A DNA stretch of 57,000 bases, counting the filler, from Bipalium vagum (taxonomy: Eukaryota): assembly GCA_037834085.1 (NCBI GenBank). It is 3 parts of 3 records of this genome, joined end to end, with 100 filler letters (N's around TTAATTAATTAA, not from the genome) between each part and the next. Parts side by side here need not be neighbours in the genome. Positions count along the whole stretch, not along the records: positions 1 to 17,071 come from JBBMKC010079941.1; 2 more parts are not named here. The stretch is one strand, 5' to 3'. Of this stretch, positions 1-11,797 are shown one piece after another. Below the pieces are notes generated by a model that saw only the letters and a program-made list of their open reading frames with translations, did not search any database and was not told the origin of the DNA. Position 1 is the first letter of the stretch, and each line of letters begins with the position of its first letter. The position numbers and the translations under genes are program-made.

Positions 1-1689
1 GATATGAATATTCATTACTTTAATGTATTAGTTAATTTTAAAATATTAATTTAATTTTAAAATATCTTTTTAAAAAATAAAAAAAGAGACACTTTATTTA
101 AATTAATTAATTTAAGGAAATTTGTTTAAGTATTTTTATTTTTATTTGAATAATAAAATTTTTGAAATTATGAGTGACTTTATTGAAATAGCTGCTAACA
201 AAATGTATTTTCAATTTTATTGTAATCTAATATTTTATAATTAGAATAAAGATTAGACTCTAAAATTGATAATTTCTTTTATGTTCTCATTTTATATATA
301 AAATTTGGCTTAATATTATGAAATAACTTGAATAAAATTACTTTTTCTTTTAATTCATTTAGAGATTTTACTGGTTGATTAATTCATATTTTGATTTTAA
401 AAATTATTTAATCTCATAATTATAACTTTTAGCAGTATGTATAAATTTTCTTTTTATTTAAATTTCTATTTATTAAAAATTTATGGATTTTGAGATAGTT
501 CATCAAATAAGTTTATTTGATTATTGATTAATTGTAATTTATTTAAATATTCCTTTGACTTTTGATGAGATAATAAAGTTTGTTTTGCATTAAAAAATAT
601 CGACATTGAAATCGCTACATCTAATCTTTATAACATTTTAAACATTTTTTGTTAAAAAGGTTCCGTATCCGAAAACAAAATTTATCTTTTTATCAATATC
701 TGTAGCTCTCACAATTAAAAATCTAGACACAAACGAAATCAAAAATTATTTTTTCTCTTATTAATAATACCGTTAAGTTATTATATTAAACTTCTTAAAT
801 TAGTCAATTGAAAAAATTTTTAAAAAATTATTATCGAATTATTAATTTTAAAATTAAATTCTAATTTTCTCATAAATCAACACACAAAAATTTTAATAAA
901 TTTTTATTGATAACTTTTATTATTAATTGATCAAATACGAAATTTTCTATTCTATTACAAAATTAAGCATTTTATTTGTCAACACAAAACATCCAATGTA
1001 TGTCTTGTTCAAGTTTGAATTAAGAGAATTAAGAAATAATTAATAATAATTAGAATTTATAATAATAATTATTAATATTAATTAGAATTAATAATTAATA
1101 ATAATAATAATTATTATTATTATAATTAATATTAATAATTATAATTACTAATTTTAATTATAATTACTACTGATAATTAGAACTAATAATAAGATTAATA
1201 ATTGGGATTAATTTGATTAATTTAAATTTATTATTAAATTTATTTAAATGAATTTTAATTATATTTTACTTTATTAAACATATTTTTTAATTTATCTTAT
1301 TATTATTTTTGTAATTTACTTAATAATTTTGAAACCCTAGGTAAAAGATAAAGTACTGCAGAAAATATCAGATGAGATACAGTTTAATCTCCAACCTTAA
1401 TGAGATTTGTTACCTCTCTCGAACAAATATACATCGTTAATGTTTGACTAAATAAGAAAATCACTTACAATTTCAGTGATTTATGCAATAATTACAAATT
1501 TGACAAGCATGAAGTTCAGACTGAGACATCAATTAAAGGAAGAATAATTTCTCCTTTGAATGGAGAATTTCAACTTTAAAATAATTCTTATTATTGATGC
1601 TCTAAAATGATTTCTTGGTAAAAAAAGTGAATATTACGAAGAAATATATTTAAATTTTAAAAAACAGTCAAAAATATTTAATTTTGGCG

Positions 1690-1884
1690 TAGGTAATTTT
1701 CCGGATTCGGTCATCGTCATTTTAATCACACAGATGATCGAGAGCGCAACACTACAACGGAGGATGATAATTTGAGACCATTGATTGAGCTCAGCCTACG
1801 TATTACAGTACGAAAATATTCCCAACAATTAAAAGTTTTCATGTCAACAAGTTCCCAGTACCTGTTGGAGATTTGCAAAAAATA
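1690..1884 (+). mobile_element. Degenerate mariner transposase N-terminal (HTH) fragment
   Basis: Translation ...DDNLRPLIELSLRITVRKYSQQLKVFMSTSSQYLLEICKK* matches the mariner second-HTH pattern (DDxLxxLIExxPxxTVRELAxxLxVSxSTVSxHLxxIGK). Confidence 0.55.
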
Positions 1885-2026
1885 GAATAAACAGATATTA
1901 TAGTATACCGCTAATAATTATATATACCACTAAGATAATGATCCGAAACATACTGCTAAACTACAGATAGGTGAAACTCTGCAAATAATGGATTGGCCCC
2001 CACAGTCTCCGGATTTGAATACGATA

Positions 2027-3325
2027 GTGTCCCATAGGTCCCCACGGAAAGTAAACTTAAATATTTCTTAAGCATATTGAGATATTTAATCGCTTGCTTT
2101 ATAAAATTGAAGACAAGTCTTTTAATTTTTATTTCATATAAAAATATTTACAACACTTGTTCGAAATGACTACCATTAACTGATATACATAAATTCATCC
2201 TTTTTACAATATTTAAAAATACATTATTCAAAGTTTCTGTGGTAACACTTTATTTCTTCGGTGATTTTTGTTTTGAAATCGTCAATATTTTTGACTTCAG
2301 ATTTGTATATCTTATTCTTTAAATGACCTCATAAATAGAAGTCAGGAGGATTTTAATCTTGTGAACGTGGATCCCATCGAATTGAACCACCTCTTCCAAT
2401 CCATCTTTTCGGCAAATGAGCGTCAAGATATCGTCGTACATTTGTTGAAAAATGAGCAGGAGCTCCATCTTGCTGAAATATCAGAGACCGTACTTTGTAC
2501 ATTTTCCTCACTTCAAACATAAAATAGTCTTGAAGCATTAATAGATAATTTTGGCCATTAACAGTCTCATCTTCAAAGAAATACAGACCGATAATTTTAT
2601 TTTTTGACAAAGCACACCGAATATTTACCTTCTGGGATTTTCTACCTGTTTCAAAAGTAACATGTGGATTACTTTCTGACCAATATCTGACATTATGTTT
2701 ATTTACTAATCCTTTTAGGTAAAACGTTACTTCATCTGAAAAGAAAATATTTTCCTGAATATCCACATTTTCTAACATTGGGACCAGGGTTTTGCACATC
2801 TCAACTCTGTCTTGCAAATCTTCTTCATGTAATTCCTGCGTGATATGGACCTTAAAGGGTTTCAATGATAACTGTTCTCTTATAATTCGATGGGTTGTAT
2901 TTTGCGAAATAGAGCAGGTGGTTGCAACAGATCGAACACTACATTGTGGGTCACTGTCAATAACTTTTCTTATTTTCTGAACTTCATTTTCAGTGATCAG
3001 CCTTGGTCTTCCAGAACTTTCACGATCTTCCACCGAACCAATCTCACAAAAACGATGAAAACCTCTTTCACTTGGTGATGTTTTCCCAAATTCGGCATTT
3101 AATTTCCGTTTAACAACACAAATTAAGTTGAATTTGGCCGTTATGTATAATTTTGATTCTTAACTTCAAATTTGCTAAAATCTAATTTTAAAATATTAAA
3201 ACAAAGCTTAGACTTACATACTTTAATATTATATAAATAGAAATTTCAATCGATTGAATTTAATAAAAGATATTTAAGTTTACTTTCCACGGGGACTTAT
3301 GGCCCATAAGTTATGGGACACCCTG
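2027..3325 (-). mobile_element. Near full-length Tc1/mariner DD41D (rosa-like) transposon with defective transposase
   Basis: TA at 2025-26 and 3326-27; inverted ends (CAGG)GTGTCCCATA...GTCCCC..GGAAAGTAAACTTAAATA; ORF 2353-3033 has FSDE, VNKHNVRYWS and FQQDGAPAH; reading through TAA gives PRSQD*NPPDFYL*GHLK, with 41 residues between the 2nd and 3rd Asp. Confidence 0.92.
2353..3033 (-). pseudogene. DD41D transposase pseudogene (largest open segment)
   Basis: GRPR linker, HTH and DDD-domain motifs; N-terminus frameshifted; nonsense codons replace the conserved Leu and Trp just after the ORF end. Confidence 0.9.
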
Positions 3326-3757
3326 TAGAGTTACTTTAGGATAGATTGGATCTTCGGGTCAGAAAAAATGCCTTTCGTCTCAGGAACATTTCTGGAACAT
3401 ATTGGAATATGAATATAATATTTTAGAATAATCTAAATTTCAAAATCTTATAAAGGGAATGCCCAGAATCGTTAAAGCCGTATTGAAAGGAAAAGGCGTA
3501 TTTTTTGATGAAAAGAAAATTTGATGATACGCTTCCCATGAATAACTGAGTTAATGTTATCATTTGAAGAAAATCATTTCTAGAATATATGGAAAAAACG
3601 GTATCCCAAACACTTTATATATTTTTGTCGTTAATACTATAATATTTTTGTACATCTTATTTCTCATTTACATTTTCCCTCAGTTTTGATACAACCGTTA
3701 TTTTATTTTATTCAACACTAATTTTTAAAATAACAGATAATAATTTTAACAGATATA

Positions 3758-4377
3758 TGGTCGTGGTTATAATTCATCGACCACCTGCAATTTTATGAAA
3801 TGGTTTAAAAAATGTATTTCGTTACAAAAGATTTATTATGAAAACATGTACAAGCAATAAGTTTTTGAATAATTTGTAGTATTCATATGATATCACTGAT
3901 ATTTATTGTGCTTACCCTTTACCGCAAGTACTGCAGCCAACTGGTTCGACATAGAATAAATCAATTTTGAGCAATAGTTCATGGTAATTTCGTTAAACCA
4001 AACAAGTTTAATTATTTCAGTTAAATGTGGATATGACGTTGGATTATGCAGTAAGATTTTGATTTATAACTTTCTATCAGTTCTCAATTGGCGATAGATT
4101 TGGAGAGTTTCCTGGCCATGAACCTAGGACATTAATTTTATTATTAATAAGCTAAGCCTTGTTGATGCGTGCCTGATGGGAAGGCGCTCCATCATGTTGA
4201 AAATAATCATAAGAAAATTTTTTTTAATTGAAGGAAGCGGTTTAACTTTTTCTTCTAGAATCGTTTAAAAGACAGTTTTATTGACGGTTTTATTTGAAGG
4301 AAAAAACCATAGTCCACAGGAATACCAGATATGAATAAATAAATAACAGGGTAGTCGATGAATTATGGCCACGACTG
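3758..4377 (-). mobile_element. Internally deleted Tc1-like element
   Basis: TIRs TGGTCGTGGTTATAATTCATCGACCACC / (rc) CAGTCGTGGCCATAATTCATCGACTACC flanked by TA; minus strand encodes FQHDGAPSHQA and WPGNSPNLSPIEN. Confidence 0.85.
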
Positions 4378-7344
4378 TAATCCGTATATTATATTAATAT
4401 TAAATATATTATGAATATTTAACATATTTTCCGACTTTAATCAACCAAAAAAAGTCTTCATATATAAAATTATCTTAAATACGTTAAAGATTGTGGAATT
4501 ATTAATATTTCACCTCACCATACATTTCCGAAAAAAGAGATCCTAAAAGAAAATTGGAAAATATTAATTAATTATAAAACAAATTGCTCAGACAACGGCC
4601 AAAATTAAATTTTTGTTGAAAAATTAAATTTTACATGGAAAATTAAAAAACTCAACGAAAATTTATCAACTGTAGGAGAATTATGAATGAGACAACGCCT
4701 ATTCAATTTCACATCAGAACTACCATGAGATAAATGAGAGAGAAATCTTCGAATTAAAAATCGATTTTTTACTTAATATTGTGTAAAACGCCTCTGATGG
4801 ATCCATAATCGCAAATCTTAGAATTGTTTCAAAGGGATATTGAAATCTTTTCTGATTTTGATAACTTGAGGGGATCCATTTGATCTTTCTGATTTCTATT
4901 CCTTATACAATGTCTGACCAGAGACGATTTTAAGTTTTTCAACCTCCACAAATTTTTTATTTCTCTTTATTTATTTTTATCTCTGTCAACGTTTTTTCAT
5001 TGTTTTATTAGGTCTAAATTTAAAGTTAAATTGAGTAGACGACATTTAACCCAATTTAAAATAATAATATAATAAAATAATATTATTGCTTTGAGAAATA
5101 AGTTCATTCCGATAATAATTTCATTCATTTTTGCATTTATTTAAAACAATAAAAACATTTTTATTTTATAAAAAATTTATCAAAATTATTCAGTTACACA
5201 TTCTCCTTCCTTCGTAATTACTTCTTGCCAGAGATCCAACCACGGCGGTAAAAAGCCAAGTCTCTTGAGGCAAACCATTGGACAAGCCAATCTTTTAATT
5301 CTCTTTCGTTTTCAAATAATATAATAAAAACTCAATCTTTTAGTAATTTTCCATTCATTTTTATGCGAATTACACTTTTAAAAAACATGAATAAATATTG
5401 AGCGTCTGAAGACCATCGATCACAATGTTTAATTAGAAAAAACCCACAAAATAGCGAAAAGACTATATCTTTATTGACGACAGTAACTCTGTAAGGAGTG
5501 AATCTTCTTCATTCGGCTTGCTGAAATTAAATGTGGAAAAAATTTGAGAGAAATAAAATAATTATTTAAGCGATGAAAATTAACAATAGCTCAGAATTTA
5601 TTTTTGTCTTAAAACGTTTTCCAGAATTCTGAAAACCGGTAATAGACGAGAGATTTTACTCTTTAGTAAAAGAATTTCATTTTCATTCTTACTTCAAATG
5701 AAGAGATTCTGCTCGTTCCCATTTCAATGATCACCATAACTCAAAGGGTGTACATGTTAGTAGAAGTAGATGCAAAGAAAATAGGCAAACGATTTCCAGA
5801 TAAAATATGGATAATTAATCTGAATTAATAAAAATTCCCAAGGTGATAGAAATGTTTCGCAAATATTTACGAAGAGTAATTAATTATCATTTCTTTTTCA
5901 TTTATGTTTCAGCTTCTTTTTTCAGACGAATTATGCATTTTTATGACACTATATTTTCTTGTTACATTGTGCTGTTTATAAGATATACATATATGTTTTT
6001 CATTACTTACGGCAGTATGTTCCATATGTTGAACGAATGAAAGAATAATTATAAATTTTAATAATAATAAATTCCTTTTCCTGAAATATTTATAAATTGT
6101 ATATTTATCGAAGAAGAGTTAATATTGATGAATGTTAATGTTAGGAAAATTTATGATAATTAACCATTTCTATAAGAAATACATCTACTAATATTATAAA
6201 AAAAGTGATGATAATGATGATAATTAATAATATTAATATTAATAACAGTAATAATTAATATAATAATATTAATAATAATAGTATTAGTAATATTATTAAT
6301 AATATTAATAATAATTCATTATATTCCAATTCGTTAGAGTACAATCAATAATTTATTTTTAATAAATTAAAATTATCTATTTTTAACGTTAATTGACTTT
6401 AAAAAATGTATTTATCAATATCTGTAATTTTATCCAGCACAATAAATCAAAAGAGAATTAAAACAAATTCCTTTTAAAATATTTATAATACATTAAGACA
6501 TCATTTCTCTATTTACTGTTCACAGTGTTAGGTTCAATTAAAAATTAAAAAGGGTAAGATGGTGTCGTTAAAATTGCTTTTTGTAAGTAAGCCCGACTTC
6601 TTAACAAAAATTCCATTATTGAGAGTAAATATATATTTTAATGAAATTGGATATCAAAATTACCAAAATTATATAAATAAATAAAAATAATTTTCAAAAT
6701 CGCCAGTTCCAATTATTTAGACAAATTAATTTAGATCAGTTCCAATACAGGACGCGGTAAAAGTTCTTTGAATTTTTTTAAAGGCATGATTTTAGGGATT
6801 AACTTTCTTTGAAAACAAATGTTTTCATTTACATTTATTGATTTTTTAATCGGAAATTATTTTTTTTCTAAAAAGTCGATTGAAAATCTTCAAATATGAA
6901 TCGAGAAAAAGGACGTAGTGCTGCCATTGAGTGCACAAATTCGGAATGAAAAAAAAATCGGACATTAAACAAAAAAACTATTTAAAAAATCATTTTTAAA
7001 TGGAAAATCGTTTTTCTTTAAATTTTGTTTTATTCCCATATTAATTTTAATTATTAAAATTCTCCAATTATATTTTCCCCTTTTTTAAAATAAATAATTA
7101 ATAAAAAAATTAATAAAATGCGAAAAATATGATAATTATATATTTAAATAAATAAAAACAGTTATTTGTTTCTTGGAGAAAATTGATATTTTTGTCTCAT
7201 ATCATCGGTTAAATAAAAATTTAATGTCAATTAAAAATAAATTAAATTCATCAGAAAAGGTTTCAGCTGCATCTCGCGGTTTGTGACACTCTTGAACTTT
7301 CGTCCTTAATTTTGATCAATACCATCGTCGAGCGTCGATGATCC

Positions 7345-8385
7345 TTAATTTCTTTTACTATTTCTTCGAAAAGTACTGTTCTGCTCTATCAATAAAGTAC
7401 TTCCAATTTTCCAGCAGTTGAAAAGAACACAAAACTCTTGACGAAAATTCTCGTTCATCCATCCATATAAAAACGGATTATAGATCGCACTACTCATGGC
7501 TATGAGGTGGCAAACGAAAAATGCAGTGGTGAAGTATAAATTGTCTTTCAGTTGAACTTGTTCTACTTTATATATAAGATCGGTTGTAATCCACAAAACG
7601 TTTAAAGGAATCCAGCAAACGATGAAGATAATAACCATGGCAATCAACATTTTGTTTGTCTTTCGCTTTCTTTTAATATCATTCAAAATCCGTGAAAAAC
7701 TCTTGATGTTCTTACTGATCTTTCTGTCACATCGAATCTGTAGAGTTCTCCAGATTTGCAGGTAGCAATACGATATTGACAAGGTCGGCAGGACGAATTG
7801 CATTACAAAGTTTGTCGTCGTAAAAATACCTTTCAAAATCTCATTTGGCCACTTTTCCTGGCAAATGGTGGTGTTTTTGTTCCGGTCGAATTCCTTTTGG
7901 TGATAAATGGCTAATGGAACGGATGCAAAGATTGATAATAACCAAATGGTGAACAGAAGAATTTGACACAAAAATATTTTCATTCTACCTCTAAAAGGAT
8001 GAACGATAACAAAATATCTATCAACGGATATAACAAGACTTGTTAAGGTAGACACATAAACGGATACAGCCATTGTCGTTGGAAGAAGCTTGCACAATAG
8101 TTCTGGAAAGGCCCAGTCTTCTATGTAGATTGCAATAGGTGTAAAAGGTACAGCGATGATACACATTAAGATGTCTGATGCAGCAAGATTGGTGATGAAC
8201 AGATTGGTTACTGTATGCATGGTTTTATTTCTTAAAATGACAAAAATGACCAAAGAATTGCCACATAACCCCAGCAGAAATATAACAGAATACGAAGAGA
8301 TAATGAAATACTTAAGGACAATTTCAGTCTTAGAGTTCGCAGATAGATTGAGGACTTTCCCATCCGATGTTTGATTGTGCTCCAT
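7345..8385 (-). CDS. Rhodopsin-class neuropeptide GPCR, NPY/short-NPF/PrRP receptor-like, intronless coding region
   Basis: 346-aa ORF with 7 hydrophobic segments and class-A motifs GN (TM1), NLAxxD (TM2), DRY, CWIP (TM6) and NPFLY (TM7); ECL2 CQEKWP and HLIAMSSAIYNPFLYGWMNENFRQEF are typical of NPY-family receptors; N-terminal sequons NQT, NLS; in-frame TGA immediately before the ATG. Confidence 0.95.
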   Translation of the reverse strand: MEHNQTSDGKVLNLSANSKTEIVLKYFIISSYSVIFLLGLCGNSLVIFVILRNKTMHTVTNLFITNLAASDILMCIIAVPFTPIAIYIEDWAFPELLCKLLPTTMAVSVYVSTLTSLVISVDRYFVIVHPFRGRMKIFLCQILLFTIWLLSIFASVPLAIYHQKEFDRNKNTTICQEKWPNEILKGIFTTTNFVMQFVLPTLSISYCYLQIWRTLQIRCDRKISKNIKSFSRILNDIKRKRKTNKMLIAMVIIFIVCWIPLNVLWITTDLIYKVEQVQLKDNLYFTTAFFVCHLIAMSSAIYNPFLYGWMNENFRQEFCVLFNCWKIGSTLLIEQNSTFRRNSKRN

Positions 8386-8396
8386 TCACGGAAAAA

Positions 8397-8406
8397 CTGA
8401 AAATAG
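8397..8406 (-). other. Probable 3' splice acceptor in the GPCR 5' UTR
   Basis: Minus strand reads ctattttcAG|tttttccgtgaATG, a pyrimidine-rich acceptor 11 nt before the start codon. Confidence 0.5.
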
Positions 8407-8459
8407 TGTAATGATTACGTGGTCAACGACTTTACAAAGTTTAAAATTGAATAATATTA

Positions 8460-8790
8460 TTGGGTTGTATCAAAAGCTTCCGTGAATTCAAAATTCACAC
8501 AAACTATGATGTAGTTAAATGAAAAAATAACAATAGATAATTGATTATTTTTAAAAAGAAGATTCCTTATTATGTACATTTTGTTATATTCCGGGAAGTT
8601 TTTCTTATTTTTTCCCTGTACCATTCTTAGACTTTAAAGTAAAAAACCTCCGGCAAAATTTCTCTACTTCTTCAAAATTATCAAACCGCTGTCCTCTCAA
8701 AAGTGTTCTATCGATCTAAAAAGTGCAAAAATCTGAGAGTACCAAGTGTGGACTATACAAGAAGAATGAGGTAAGTGTTCAATCCTGTTC
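8460..8790 (-). mobile_element. Mariner 3'-end remnant with one TIR
   Basis: TA+TTGGGTTGTATCAAAAGCTTCCGTGA end; minus strand YSPHLVLSDFCTFRSIEHF and RGQRFDNFEEVE (degenerate YSPDLAPSD motif). Confidence 0.75.
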
Positions 8791-9164
8791 AATTCCTACT
8801 TCTTCTCTTCTACTTTCCTCTCTTCCTTAATATTCTTTTCTATAATTAAATCCATATCAGTACTGTATAAAATCTTTATTAATATTATAATAAAGTATTT
8901 TCTACATAGATGTGCATTTGCGCGGGTTATACATTTACACGTATGGGGTGTATAACTGATCTTTATTTTTTATTCAATGTTTCGTGGTTGAATACTTGAT
9001 GAGTAGGTGTGCTTATGCACCAGTTATGTTGTCTACTACGTATGAAGACACATAGCTGGTTGTCTTTTATGTAAATAAGGAGTAAACTAACATAGAAATA
9101 TTGCTGTTTTGATCGACAATTGGTCTTGATTTTTATACGGTGTTTGTCTTTTTATTTCTTTTTA

Positions 9165-9750
9165 ACAAAAATGGTAAAAATTGTAAGTTGAATAAAAGAA
9201 GAATTTCGCAGTTGGAAGATGAAGGATGGCTTGTGAACTTCCCACCCATGATTCTCATATTTACAAGAGAATGGAAGTGAAGAATTTTCACCACTTCTGG
9301 AACTAGGCCTCAAAAGGGAGCTGGAAATTTTGGAAAAAATGATTTATTATCAACTGATTAATCGTGAACCAGACTTCTGATGTCTAACCAGGGAGCTGAG
9401 TCCAATTCTAGTGGAGTCTTAACAACCTGTTAAGATGCAATGTGGTTTAATCTCCTCAGGATAATGGACAGGTTTATTGGTATCTTCATGCTAGCCTAGA
9501 ACGCCTGAGGTTTGACCAGAAAACTGAGTTGAATTCCAGGTAAGACACAGAGTTACTTATCTGTTGATTATCCCGTGTGAGGGATCTCGATTGGCAGAAT
9601 ACACTTTTGTCCTCACTGATGACAACCTCGTGTTAGCCTGGTCCTGATGAGTTCGTGAAGAAGGGGAAAAATATTAAAAAAATCAAAACTGACACTTTAT
9701 ACTCAAGGTTGTGAAGATATCCGAAACCAATAAAATCGAAGAAAATAAAC
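9165..9750 (+). mobile_element. Possible 3' end of a restriction-like-endonuclease (R2/NeSL/R4-type) non-LTR retrotransposon with its 3' UTR
   Basis: Less AT-rich block; SQLEDEGWLVNFPPMILIFTREWK plus frameshifted LLELGLKRELEIL resembles the RLE C-terminal LxxxGWxVxxxPIxxGxRG...LxxLG pattern; CTGATGA motifs follow. Confidence 0.4.
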
Positions 9751-10537
9751 AATTTTGTGATGTCTATTAATGTCGTAGTCTAAATAAAAGGTTATAAATA
9801 AATAAATAAAGTTATATTACGCAAGCTGGCGCTTGATATGCTGATAAAGCAGTTGCTTTCTATTGATTAAACTTTGATATTTTCTTTTCAAATTTCATTT
9901 ACTTCTTTATAATTCATAATAATTTGTTAATTAATAATTGTAAATAAATAATTAATAATAAAATAATAAATAATTATTTAAATAACTGTAATAATTTTTT
10001 ATTATTAATTTTAATTTTGATTCATTTAATACATTATATAAATTAATTCCTAAACTTAAAAATAAATTTATTAAAAAAAATTTCCGAAAAATAATTTATT
10101 ATTAATAATAGATTTTGGCTTGAAAAGTATTCAACCGAAGTATTAATGATGGAATAATTATAATTTTTCAAATTTGAAGTTATCCTTTCTTTGAAAATTG
10201 TTATAATTTGTAGGCCGCTGAGCTCAAAACCATTCCTTACACCGCAAATATTCTTCCTTTTCGCTCTGCAGTTGCCTTGAGCATAATGATCAAAATCTTA
10301 TGAAATTTCTAAATGTTCAGTAATTCCCACCTCTTTTGATTTTCGTCCTCAGAAGAAACGAATATTTCTCCATTAATATTCGTAATTTACTGTTCTATAC
10401 CCATATTATGCTAATAAGAAATTGTTATTTTATATTGTTAAAATTAATTTTAGTGTGAAAAGGAATCTCGTAAATTCGTTATAAAAACATTTCTACAAAA
10501 TCAAATTCCTGAATGAAGCTTAAAATCAATGTAAATA

Positions 10538-11797
10538 TTAGGTCTACAAATATGACTCCACCGTTTTTACCCTTATTTAAAATCAAACAAATAAAAAACA
10601 ACCAAAGCAAATTTATAAAAGATTTTTATTAAAAATAATTTCTTTCCCTTATGACCACGTTTTCCCAAAGTTGTGGCAGTTTATGTATGCCATCATAGAA
10701 AAAATTATTTGATTTGGAGGCAATCCAATGATCTAGCCATTTTTTTACATCCTCATAAGTCATAAAGCTGTGCTCTGACAGACTTATCCGTGCCATCGAA
10801 CGGAATAAATGATAATCCGACGGAGCAATGTCTGGAGAGTATGGCGGGTGAGGTAAGACATCCCATTTCAACTGTTTTATAGCCTCATCAACGGTTTTTG
10901 CGATATGAGGCCGAGCGTTGTCATGAAGCAATATTATCATCCCATGTCTATCAGCCCATTCTGGTCGTTTGGTAGCGATTTCTTCGTTTAGTTGCATTAA
11001 CTGTTGTTGATAGCGATTGGCAGCCACTGTTTCACCAGGTTTCAGAAGTTCGCAGTACAGGATACCTTTTTGATCCCACCATACGCATAGCAATACTTTT
11101 TTCCCCTGAATGTTGCGCTTTGGAGTTGACTTAGTCAGCTGACCTGGATCAACCCAAGATCTTTTTCGTCTGGGATTGGAGAAATATATCCATTTTTCAT
11201 CGCCAGTTATTATACGATGAAGGAAGGATTTTTCTTTTTTTCATTTTGATCAAAATTTCGCATGTGGTTTTTCTCTGCTCTTGGCTTCTTCCTGTTAATG
11301 CATGCGGCACCCACTTTCCCACCTTTAGAATCTTTAATAAACAGCGTAAACGATTGGAGATTGTTTGTTGGGAAACATTCAATGAGTTTGACAGTCGTCT
11401 TCATCCAGAAAGTCTTGCAAATCAGGGTCTTTAAATATTTTTGGTGGATTTTCGTGGGCATTTCCCGTTTTGATTTTTGAAACCATTCCCGACATGTTCT
11501 TTCAGCTAAAGAATTGTTGCCCTAAGCCTGTATTAGTAATTAATATGCTTCAGCAGCATTTTTCTTTAAATTAAATAAAAATAATAAAGCTTCCTGCAAA
11601 TGGTTATTCTCCGGCACAAATGTTGTCATCTAAAATAGTAAATAATTAATGATGTGCAAACTATTTTAAAAATTATTATATTATTATAATTAGCGCTCAA
11701 AGTGATTATTATTTAAACAACAACAAATATACAAAAAAATTAATTTCATTTTAATTATAAAAAATAAAAAACGGCGGAGTCATATTTGTAGACCTAA
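10538..11797 (-). mobile_element. Full-length mariner (DD34D), Mos1/mauritiana-like, inactivated
   Basis: 1260 bp; TIRs TTAGGTCTACAAATATGACTCC(A/G)CCGTTTT with TA on both sides; ATG at 11629 (MTTFVPENNHLQEALLF, cf. Mos1 MSSFVPNKEQ), WVPHAL, HDNARPH and YSPDIAPSD with 34-residue spacing; frameshifts and stops in the 5' half. Confidence 0.95.
10629..11093 (-). pseudogene. Mariner transposase C-terminal catalytic segment
   Basis: LCVWWDQKG...LLHDNARPH...HPPYSPDIAPSDYHLFRSM. Confidence 0.92.

Larger units (their letters stand above)
1930..3523 (+). mobile_element. Tc1 (DD34E) transposase C-terminal remnant, split by the DD41D insertion at 2027-3325
   Basis: DNDPKHTAKL (~1934) and MDWPPQSPDLNTI (1988-2026) continue after the insert as ELL*DRLDLRVRK (3328 on) and end GMPRIVKAVLKGKGVFFDEKKI* (stop at 3523), all Tc1-type motifs. 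Confidence 0.85.

Noticed and set aside
6521-6560. CACAGTG as a Transib/RSS-like terminus
   Set aside because: No matching inverted end nearby and no transposase text.
8156-8374. + strand 72-aa ORF (likewise 2792-3078, 11246-11480, 21546-21821 and 26832-27104)
   Set aside because: Antisense shadows of the GPCR or of transposase remnants.
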